64,000 bases of DNA from an uncultured Chloroflexia bacterium (GTDB lineage: Bacteria; Chloroflexota; Limnocylindria; Limnocylindrales; CSP1-4). Below are positions 50,938 to 58,776 of this stretch, one piece after another; position 1 is the first letter of the stretch, and each line of letters opens with the position of its first letter. The translations under genes were made by a program, and so were the position numbers. The notes beneath the pieces were generated by a model. That model saw only the letters and a list, made by a program, of their open reading frames with translations, was not told the DNA's origin and ran no database searches. The stretch is taken from the NCBI GenBank assembly GCA_963746845.1, contig CAVVCZ010000001.1, forward strand, positions 256,001 through 320,000, written 5' to 3'.

Positions 50938-51743
50938 GCAGCTCGAGGGCCGGGCGGGGCCTCGCGACCTCGTCCGACGGGATCCCGATCGTGTATTCGA
51001 TCGGCGGAGCGGGCGCCCCGGCCCTCGTCTTCGTCCACGGCTGGTCGTGCGACCGGTCGTACTGGAGGGAGCAGGTTCCGGCGTTCTCGGGCGATCACCT
51101 CGTGGTGACGATCGACCTTGCCGGGCACGGGGAGTCGGGCTCGGGCCGCGTGTCGTGGACGATGCCAGCATTCGGTGACGACGTCGTCGCGGTGATCGAA
51201 GCGCTCGATCTCGATCGGGTCGTCCTCATCGGCCACTCGATGGGCGGCGACGTCATCGTCGAGGCCGCGCTTCGCCTCCGCGACAGGGTCGCGGGTGTCG
51301 TCTGGGTCGATACCTATCGGTCGCTGGGCCTGCCGTCCGACGAGGCCGAGGACGCGGCGTTCGTCGCCTCGTTCGACGACGACTTCCCGGCGGCGGTCCG
51401 ATCCCTCGTCCGCGACGACCTGTTCCGTCCGACCGCCGATCCGGAGCTCGTCGAATGGGTCGCCTCCGACATGGCGGCCGAGCCGGCGGAGATCGGCCGC
51501 GACGCGATGCGTCACTCGCTCGCCAACGAGGGCCCCATGATCGCGGCGCTGCCGCGGCTCCGGACGCCGGTCGTCGCGATCAACCCGGACGATCCGCCGT
51601 CCGACGTCGAGTCCCTGGCCCGCCTCGGCGTCCGAACGATGGCGACCACCGGGCTCGGCCACTTCCCGATGCTCGAGGACCCAGCCCAGTTCAATCGCCT
51701 GCTTCGGGAGGTGCTCGCCGGCTTGGGCCGGCCGGTCTGCTGA
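50934..51743 (+). CDS. Alpha/beta hydrolase
   Basis: 'VFVHGW', 'IDLAGHGES', nucleophile 'GHSMGG', 'GHFPMLEDP..FN'; TTG start overlaps the upstream stop. Confidence 0.9.
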   Translation: MSSSRAGRGLATSSDGIPIVYSIGGAGAPALVFVHGWSCDRSYWREQVPAFSGDHLVVTIDLAGHGESGSGRVSWTMPAFGDDVVAVIEALDLDRVVLIGHSMGGDVIVEAALRLRDRVAGVVWVDTYRSLGLPSDEAEDAAFVASFDDDFPAAVRSLVRDDLFRPTADPELVEWVASDMAAEPAEIGRDAMRHSLANEGPMIAALPRLRTPVVAINPDDPPSDVESLARLGVRTMATTGLGHFPMLEDPAQFNRLLREVLAGLGRPVC

Positions 51744-51758
51744 GCCGGCGGCCCGCCC

Positions 51759-53969
51759 TCAGGTTCCTGCCGCCGGTGCCGACGCCGGCCCGTCGACGCT
51801 CGCGGGCTGAACCGGGCGGACCAACGGTGCGGCCGCCGAACCGGCTCCGACCGCAGCAGCCGGTGGCTGTTCCGCATCGAACAGGTGGAGCACCGTCCGC
51901 CATGTCTTCGCGACGATCCCGAGGACCGGGATGATCATCACCATGCCGACGATGCCGGCGATCGCGCCGCCCGCGGGGATCGCCAGCAGCACGACGGCGG
52001 GGTGGATGCTGACCGTCTTGCCGTAGACGAGCGGGGTCACGATGTTGCCCTGGACGATATTGAAGACGATCGTGAAGATCCCCATCAGGACGATGTCCGT
52101 CGTCGATCCGACCGCCACCGCGACGAGGAAGCCGAGCAACGTCCCGATCGCCCCGCCGATGTACGGGATGAACCCGAGGATGAAGCTCAGCACGCCGATC
52201 GGGAACGCGAGGGGCAGGCCGAGGATGAACATCGTCAGCCACTGCATGACCCCGCCCGAGAGTGACACGATCGCCGTCCCGACCATGGAGCTGTAGAGCG
52301 TCGACGCCGACTGCGTCCCGACGTCGTCGACCCGATCACGGCGGTCGAGCGGAACGACGCGCAGGAATGTCGCCCACCATGCCGCGCCGTCGCGGAGGAA
52401 GTAGAACGTCAGCAGGAGCGAGATCGTCAGGGCGATCACGAGCCCGGCCGTGTTCGCGACGATCACGGCCAGGTTCGAGGCCAGCCCGCCGACGAGCGCA
52501 TGGACGAGAGCTGCCGGGGTGGTGCCGAGGCTGAGGCGACCGGCGCCGTCTGCCGCCGTGCTCTCGATCTCTGGCAGGGACGCGACCATCGTCAGGATCG
52601 TGACGACCAGCACGAGGACCACGACCGCCACGCTGGCGATCGTCACGAGCGCGGGTGCGGCGTTCGCCCCCAGGCCGCGTTGACGGGCGACGCGCACGAG
52701 CGGGCGGAGGACCACCGCGAAGATGAGCGCGAGGATCAGGGGCAGGCTGAAGAGTGGCTGAAGGATGAGAGCAATCACGACCGCGAGGAGCCCAAGGACC
52801 ACCAGTGCCCGCCAGCTGAACTGGCCCATCCGATCGAGCCAGACCGGCACGAGGGCGTTGGTGGGCGCCGCTTGCGTTCGCGTGCCGAGGACCTCGACGA
52901 TCGCGGGCGCGAACGCCTGCAGCGCGGTCAGGACCGGGACGGCGGCGAACAGTCCGACGAACCCGAACAGGGCGCCTGCGGCAGGGATCGCGATGAGGGC
53001 GAGGCCCGGGTTGACCCGCGTTCCTGCGCCGTAGACGCGAGGTGCGAGGAACTGCCGCTCAAGGATGTTCGTGACGCCGACGAGCGCGAGGAAGGCGCCG
53101 GCGGCAAGGAACCCCTGCGTGCCGACCGTGATGAGGGTGATCACCGTCGCGCTGAACAGTCCCCCGAGGTACGGAACGAACGCGGCGATGAAGACCACGA
53201 CCGCCAGCGGACCTGCGAACGGCACGCCGAGGATCGTCAGGAACACGGCGACCGAGGCCGCATCGGCGACCGCCAACGCGGACGTGCCGCGGAGGTATCC
53301 GCTCAGCTCGTCGAGTGCGACGGTTGCTCGTGCCGTCAGGGCCCGGGCGCGCCAGTCGTCGATGTTGCTGGTGGTCGCCTCCCAGCCCCGGTCGCCATCG
53401 GACAACAGATAGAAGGTCAGGAATCCGCCGAGGATCATGATCGTGACGAAGCTCGCGATCGGGGCGACCAGCTCGGCAATGTTGCTGGCGAGCCAGGTCT
53501 GGAAGTTGTCAGCGATGGCGTTCACGAGATTGGTCAGCCCCGTCGGCGCCCCGAGCTCTGACAGCTTCGCCGACAGGGCAGCCAGCCCTTCCTTGTTGCG
53601 CTGGAGGATGTCGACGACGGCCGGGATGAAGGCGACGACGATCGCCGTCAGGGCGAGAAGCACGAGGCCGACCGCGAGGAAGCTGGCGGCCGCCGCGGCC
53701 CGGCCCCTCGGCCAGCCACGCTCGGTCCGGAGACGGATCACGACCGGGTAGACGAGGGCGGCGACCAGCAGACCGACGAGGATCGCACCGGTCACGGTCG
53801 ACAGGAAGAGCGCGAACCAGCCGATCACCAGGACCAGCGCGAGCGTCACGAGGACCCGCCAGCCGATCGCGGCGAGACGGTCAAGCCAGCTCGGGACGAT
53901 GCCGGATCCCGTCGGCGTTTCGCCCGGATCGGTTTCCGTGGCCGTGATACCTGTCGGGTCGACCGTCAT
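51759..53969 (-). CDS. AI-2E family transporter, internally duplicated (two AI-2E units)
   Basis: Two copies of 'VP.WLDR...WR.LV', 'LTFY.L.DG', 'F(V/I)PY(L/I)GG' and 'P.VYG...(N/H)P'. Confidence 0.88.
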   Translation of the reverse strand: MTVDPTGITATETDPGETPTGSGIVPSWLDRLAAIGWRVLVTLALVLVIGWFALFLSTVTGAILVGLLVAALVYPVVIRLRTERGWPRGRAAAAASFLAVGLVLLALTAIVVAFIPAVVDILQRNKEGLAALSAKLSELGAPTGLTNLVNAIADNFQTWLASNIAELVAPIASFVTIMILGGFLTFYLLSDGDRGWEATTSNIDDWRARALTARATVALDELSGYLRGTSALAVADAASVAVFLTILGVPFAGPLAVVVFIAAFVPYLGGLFSATVITLITVGTQGFLAAGAFLALVGVTNILERQFLAPRVYGAGTRVNPGLALIAIPAAGALFGFVGLFAAVPVLTALQAFAPAIVEVLGTRTQAAPTNALVPVWLDRMGQFSWRALVVLGLLAVVIALILQPLFSLPLILALIFAVVLRPLVRVARQRGLGANAAPALVTIASVAVVVLVLVVTILTMVASLPEIESTAADGAGRLSLGTTPAALVHALVGGLASNLAVIVANTAGLVIALTISLLLTFYFLRDGAAWWATFLRVVPLDRRDRVDDVGTQSASTLYSSMVGTAIVSLSGGVMQWLTMFILGLPLAFPIGVLSFILGFIPYIGGAIGTLLGFLVAVAVGSTTDIVLMGIFTIVFNIVQGNIVTPLVYGKTVSIHPAVVLLAIPAGGAIAGIVGMVMIIPVLGIVAKTWRTVLHLFDAEQPPAAAVGAGSAAAPLVRPVQPASVDGPASAPAAGT

Positions 53970-54083
53970 CTGGACTCCTCGCCGGGACCGCCGGTCGGCG
54001 GTCCGAACGCCGCCATCATCGCGGTCGTTGTCCAGTCGCGCCAGTGGTGGCCACCGGTCGGTCGCACCCGGTGGGCCCCGATG

Positions 54084-54866
54084 TCAGTTCCCGAAACCGG
54101 CCTCCACCTCCAGGGCGGTCGGTTCGAACGCGCCGCGCGCGCTCATCAGCTCGCCCTCCTCGAAGTAGATCTCCCGCAGGTCCACCAGGTCGAGGTGGAG
54201 GAACTGGTGGGCACCCGTGACGTGACCTCGGGCGCGGGCGGCCGTGCCGTCGCGAAGCCGCTCCGCGGGCGCGTTCGGGCGGCCCGGAAGGACCACCTCG
54301 ACGCCGCGAGCCAGTTCATCGTCGGACGGCGCCGGGCCCTCGAGGCGGACCGAGAGGAGCTGGTCGAAGTCCGGCGCCTGCCGGATCGTGTGGGCGAGGA
54401 ATCGTTCGCTCCCGCGACCGAACAGGAAGTACGTCAGATCGTCCGGCTTGTCCGCGCCACCGAACCGTGCGGCGAAGACGACCGACCGGATGTCGACGAT
54501 CAGATCGGACAGGGCGTCGATCGCCTCGCCGCCGCGTTCGAGGTGGCCACGGAAGACCGTGGCCCGGAAGGTCGTCCGGGCCGGCGGATCCGGCCGGTAG
54601 AGCGACGACAGGGCGAACTTCTCCGGGAACACGGTGTAGAGGCGCTCGTCCGGGTGCGCGTCGCGCTCGGCCGTCCAGACCGGGACGGCGTCGGCGCCGT
54701 CGCGGGTCAGGCCGACCTCCAGGATGAGCTGGGCGTCGTGCGGCGCCATGAACATCGGCAGATGGGACAGGAAGACCGTGTCGTGGCCCAGGGCGACCAT
54801 GTTGTGACGACCGAAGTCCGCCGGCGGCTCCTCAACGGCGCCGTCGTGGTGGTGACCGTGATCCAT
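54084..54866 (-). CDS. Hypothetical protein with His-rich N-terminus
   Basis: GGAGG RBS; 'MDHGHHHD', 'HNM', 'FLSHLPMF..PHDAQ', 'FRGHLERGG', 'PDFDQ'. Confidence 0.72.
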   Translation of the reverse strand: MDHGHHHDGAVEEPPADFGRHNMVALGHDTVFLSHLPMFMAPHDAQLILEVGLTRDGADAVPVWTAERDAHPDERLYTVFPEKFALSSLYRPDPPARTTFRATVFRGHLERGGEAIDALSDLIVDIRSVVFAARFGGADKPDDLTYFLFGRGSERFLAHTIRQAPDFDQLLSVRLEGPAPSDDELARGVEVVLPGRPNAPAERLRDGTAARARGHVTGAHQFLHLDLVDLREIYFEEGELMSARGAFEPTALEVEAGFGN

Positions 54867-55006
54867 CGTCCCCTCCGCGTGCGCTGGCCTGCTCGGGCGG
54901 ACCCTATCGCCGGCATGTCTGGCCCGCGTCTCGTCGGGACGACCAACGTTGCATCTCGGGTTCACGGCTTGCCGCGGATCCCCGTCCCGGGCAGAATGCC
55001 CCCGCG

Positions 55007-55081
55007 ATGACGCCCACGGAACGCATGGACCAGGGCTGTACCTGTCGCTCCTCTGCCGAGCGGGGTCGGTGCTGTCCCTGA
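55007..55081 (+). CDS. Cys-rich leader peptide (putative attenuator uORF)
   Basis: MTPTERMDQGCTCRSSAERGRCCP* (alternative ATG 55025); 4 Cys codons; follows TTGCCG-N17-CAGAAT (54969-54997). Confidence 0.62.
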   Translation: MTPTERMDQGCTCRSSAERGRCCP

Positions 55082-55112
55082 GCGCGGTCACGACCGCCAA
55101 TGGATGCCCTGG

Positions 55113-55140
55113 GACCCCTGCACGGCAGGGGTCTTTCGTT
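55113..55140 (+). terminator. Intrinsic terminator in the sulfurtransferase leader
   Basis: GACCCCTGC-ACG-GCAGGGGTC stem plus TTTCGTT, 40 nt upstream of the CDS start. Confidence 0.75.
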
Positions 55141-55179
55141 GCCCACGACCTTCCGGACCACAACCCGAGGAACCATCCG

Positions 55180-56529
55180 ATGTCGAGCACCATCTCCGCG
55201 AACGCCCCGACGGTCGTCACCATCGACGCCATCGATCTGCTTCGCCTCCTGTCGGATCCGCGCGTGATCGTGGTCGACACGAGACCGCTGCCATCCTTCA
55301 ACGGCTGGGGGACGGACGAACTGCCGGGCGGACACGTCCCGGGCGCCGTCGCGTTCCCGATCGACTGGCTGCGGTCGGTCGATCAGACCGAGATCGGCCG
55401 GCTCTTCGCGTCGAAGGGGATCGCGCCGGATCGCACGGTCGTCGTCTACGGCGAGCGCGACGGCGACGCGGCGCCTCTTGCCGTCCGCCTGGTCGAGGAC
55501 GGGTTCGGCGACGTCGCCGAGCTCGCGGGTGGCTGGGCCAGCTGGGTCGCTGACCCGGTCCGCCCGGTCGAGTCGCTGCCCAACCATCACCGGCTCGTCC
55601 ATGCCGGCTGGCTCCGGGCCGTCATCGACGGCGACCGGCCGGAGGCGGCGCCGGCTGGTCGGTTCCTCGTCTTCCACGTCAACTTCGGCGTTCCCGAGGA
55701 GTACGCGGAGAACCACCTCCCGGGCGCGCGCTACCTCGACACGAACTGGCTCGAGGATCCGCTCGACTGGAACCGTCGGTCGCCGAAGGAGCTCGACGCG
55801 GCCCTCCGCCACCTCGGCATCACCCACGACACGACGGTGGTCCTGTACGGTCGTGACACCGAGGGCGACGCGGACGAGAAGTGGCCGGGCCGGCGGGCGG
55901 GCCAGATCGCCGCCACACGGGCGGCCCTGATCCTCCGCTACGCCGGCGTCGATGACGTCCGGATCCTGGATGGCGGGTACGACCACTGGGTCCGCGACGG
56001 CAACCCCCTCGAGGAGCGGGTCACCGAGTCGGTGCCGGTCGAGTCGTTCGGGGTGAGCATCCCGCAGCGCCCGGAGCTCATCGTCGACCTCGACGACGCC
56101 AAGGCGATCCTCGCCGATCGCGGCGGGTCGGCCCTGGTCAGCGTCCGGACGTGGCGCGAGCACATCGGCGCGGTCAGCGGCTACAACTACATCGGTCCGG
56201 CCGGTCGGATCGCCGGCGACGTCTGGGGCAACAGCGGATCCGACGCGTACCACATGCAGCACTACCGCACGATCGACAACACGATGCGCGCATACCCGGA
56301 GATCGCCGCAAGCTGGGCGGAGGCGGGCATCACCCCGGACAAGCGGATCGCCTTCTACTGCGGCACGGGCTGGCGAGCGAGCGAAACGTGGTTCTACGCG
56401 TCGCTCATGGGCTGGCCCAACGTGGCCGTCTACGACGGCGGCTGGTTCGAGTGGAGCCAGGATCCGGTCAACAACCCGATCGAGCTGGGTGAGCCCGCCA
56501 CATCGGACGCCGTTCCGGTCCGGCTCTGA
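55180..56529 (+). CDS. Three-domain rhodanese sulfurtransferase (YnjE-like)
   Basis: 'GHVPGA', 'HLPGA', 'TVVLYG', 'ILDGG'; active loop 'FYCGTGWRAS'; 'VYDGGWFEWS'. Confidence 0.92.
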   Translation: MSSTISANAPTVVTIDAIDLLRLLSDPRVIVVDTRPLPSFNGWGTDELPGGHVPGAVAFPIDWLRSVDQTEIGRLFASKGIAPDRTVVVYGERDGDAAPLAVRLVEDGFGDVAELAGGWASWVADPVRPVESLPNHHRLVHAGWLRAVIDGDRPEAAPAGRFLVFHVNFGVPEEYAENHLPGARYLDTNWLEDPLDWNRRSPKELDAALRHLGITHDTTVVLYGRDTEGDADEKWPGRRAGQIAATRAALILRYAGVDDVRILDGGYDHWVRDGNPLEERVTESVPVESFGVSIPQRPELIVDLDDAKAILADRGGSALVSVRTWREHIGAVSGYNYIGPAGRIAGDVWGNSGSDAYHMQHYRTIDNTMRAYPEIAASWAEAGITPDKRIAFYCGTGWRASETWFYASLMGWPNVAVYDGGWFEWSQDPVNNPIELGEPATSDAVPVRL

Positions 56530-56568
56530 TCCCGCCATCGGACCGAAGCTCGGGCTCCCGACCGCGCC

Positions 56569-57699
56569 CTACGCGACGATGCGCGCGACCGCTCGCAGGT
56601 CCTGCGCGAGGAGTTCGGGGACCTCGGTGGCGGCAAAATGGCCGCCGCGCGGCATGTCCGTCCAGTGCACGAGGTTGAACTGCCGGGCCGCGACCGACCG
56701 GCTCGGGGAGCCCGGCTCATCGCCCGGCATGCGGGCGATGCCGACCGGTGCCACGACCGGGCTCGTCGGTCCCGTCCGACGCGTGTGCCGGTATCGGTAG
56801 TAGGGCAGGAACGACGTGCCGATGCTGTTCGTGAGCCAGTACAGCGTGGCCGTCGCCAGCACCTGGTCCGGCGCGAACGGCGGTCCATCACCGCCGTCGC
56901 GATCGCTCCATGCGCGCCACTTCTCCACGATCCACGCGGCGAGCCCTGCGGGTGAGTCATTCAGGCCGACCGCGAGCGTCTGTGGCTTCGTACCCTGGAT
57001 GTCGCCGTAGGCGCTCTCCTCGCGTTCCCACGCGCGGACCCGACGGAGGTAGGACCGGTCCTCCGGATCCGTCGACGCCCGGGCGAGCCGGTCGTCGGAC
57101 CAGTCCGTGGTGAGGTGGATCCCGAGCACGGCCTCGGGGTGGCGTCGCGCGATCGAGATCGTGACGCCGGCACCGATGTCACCGCCATGCGCGATGAATC
57201 GGTCGTAGCCCAGGACGTCGCGCATCAGCTCGACCCACAGCTCGGCGAGCGCGAACGGCGATCGACCGTCCGAGGCCGGGGCGGGCGAGAAGCCGTAGCC
57301 GGGCATCGACGGCACGACGACGTCGAACGACAGGCCGTCGAGATCGTTCGTCAGCCGCGGCAGGATGTCGAGCATCTCCAGGAATGAGCTCGGCCAGCCG
57401 TGGGTCATCAGGAGCGGGATCGAGTCCGGCCCGGCTCCCTTCACGTGGACGAAGTGGACCGGCCGGTCGCCCAGCAGGGCCGTGAAGTTCGGCACGGCGG
57501 CGATCCGGCTCTCCACGGCGCGCCAGTCGAAGTCGGTGGCCCAGTGACGGACCAGTCCGGCGAGATAGTCGTGCTCGACGCCGTAGTCCCAGCCGGACCC
57601 GAGCGGGGCCGGGAGGCGGGTGGCGCCGAGCCTCCGGCGCAGGTCGTCCAGGTCGTCTTCGGCGGCGCGGTAGGTGAAGGGCTGCGGGATGGACGTCAC
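56569..57699 (-). CDS. Epoxide hydrolase (EHN + alpha/beta hydrolase)
   Basis: 'FDWRAVE', 'HGWPSSF', 'PSMPGYGFS', 'HGGDIG', 'DSPAGLAAWIVEKW', 'GGHFAA.E.P'. Confidence 0.92.
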   Translation of the reverse strand: MTSIPQPFTYRAAEDDLDDLRRRLGATRLPAPLGSGWDYGVEHDYLAGLVRHWATDFDWRAVESRIAAVPNFTALLGDRPVHFVHVKGAGPDSIPLLMTHGWPSSFLEMLDILPRLTNDLDGLSFDVVVPSMPGYGFSPAPASDGRSPFALAELWVELMRDVLGYDRFIAHGGDIGAGVTISIARRHPEAVLGIHLTTDWSDDRLARASTDPEDRSYLRRVRAWEREESAYGDIQGTKPQTLAVGLNDSPAGLAAWIVEKWRAWSDRDGGDGPPFAPDQVLATATLYWLTNSIGTSFLPYYRYRHTRRTGPTSPVVAPVGIARMPGDEPGSPSRSVAARQFNLVHWTDMPRGGHFAATEVPELLAQDLRAVARIVA

Positions 57700-57797
57700 G
57701 GCGAATCCCCTGGCTCGTTGCCTTGGATGAACACGAGTTATGCGACGTTAGAGGTGTTTCACCGAGACGTCAACTGGTTATTGCGTGATACTGGTGT

Positions 57798-58382
57798 CTG
57801 TCATGCGGCACGCTCACTGAGGCCCAGCGCCTCGTCGACTTCGTCAACACGGAGGACCTCCGGCGTCCCGATCGCCGAGAGCCGCCGTTCGGACCCGACG
57901 AGGGGCTCGACGATCCCGGGGCGCTCGACCACTGGCTGGCCGAGCACGAGCTCGGGGATGGAGGTGGCGCCCGCCAGGACGACCTCGACCTCGCGCGACG
58001 GCTCCGGACCGCGCTCCGCGGCGTGCTGCGACGCGACGGGAGGGTCGTCCCTGCCGAGGCGACCCTGGTGAACGACGTCGCCCGCGAGCTCCCGCTGATC
58101 ATTCGCGTCGACGGTGCTGCGCGCCCGGTCGCCGAGCCCGTGTCCGATGGGCCGCGCGGCGCGTTGACGCGGCTGCTCGCGGATCTCCTGCTGCTCCGCG
58201 ACGCCGGCGAGCTCGACCGGTTGAAGGCATGCGCGGCCGACGATTGTCGGTGGGCGTTCGTCGATCGCTCACGCCCGGGCATCGGACGGTGGTGCTCGTC
58301 GACCGCGTGCGGCAATCGCGACAAGACGCGCCGGTATCGGGGGAGCCGGCGACCGTCTACGAAAGGGTCTCGTACAGGTTGA
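57798..58382 (+). CDS. ABATE / CGNR zinc-finger regulator; start uncertain
   Basis: 'LVDFVNT' at 57831 is in frame with 'RLKAC...C.WAFVDRSR...RWCSSTACGNRDK'; the only in-frame upstream start is CTG 57798. Confidence 0.8.
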   Translation: MSCGTLTEAQRLVDFVNTEDLRRPDRREPPFGPDEGLDDPGALDHWLAEHELGDGGGARQDDLDLARRLRTALRGVLRRDGRVVPAEATLVNDVARELPLIIRVDGAARPVAEPVSDGPRGALTRLLADLLLLRDAGELDRLKACAADDCRWAFVDRSRPGIGRWCSSTACGNRDKTRRYRGSRRPSTKGSRTG

Positions 58383-58734
58383 TCTCGTTCCCTTCGGGGT
58401 CGAGCAGGTCCGCGTACGCGCCCCACGCCTGGCGGCCCTCGCGGGTGAACGTGATGCCCTGGGCCTTCAACGCCGCCACGAGGTCGTCGAGGCCCGTCGT
58501 CCGGATCGCGGGCACGATCGGGGGCGGGCTCGCCGTGCCCTGCGGCTGGGGAACGCGACGGGCAAACAGCTCCAGCCGGGTCCCGCCGGTATCGAACGCC
58601 ACCCAGTTCTCGCCCGGCCGATAGATCGACGCGTCGGGCTGCTCCAGGATGGGCCGGAAGCCGAGGGTGTCGCGGTAGAACGCGAACATCAGCGGGAAGT
58701 CGTTCGCGCGGACGATGATCAGGTCGAGCGCCAT
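58357..58734 (-). CDS. VOC / glyoxalase family protein
   Basis: 'FYRDTLGF', 'LKAQGI', 'WG.YA...DPEGNEI'. Confidence 0.88.
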   Translation of the reverse strand: MALDLIIVRANDFPLMFAFYRDTLGFRPILEQPDASIYRPGENWVAFDTGGTRLELFARRVPQPQGTASPPPIVPAIRTTGLDDLVAALKAQGITFTREGRQAWGAYADLLDPEGNEINLYETLS

Positions 58735-58776
58735 ATCCCTCGGTACGACGCGGCTCCTCGAGCCGGTTCCGTCAGG

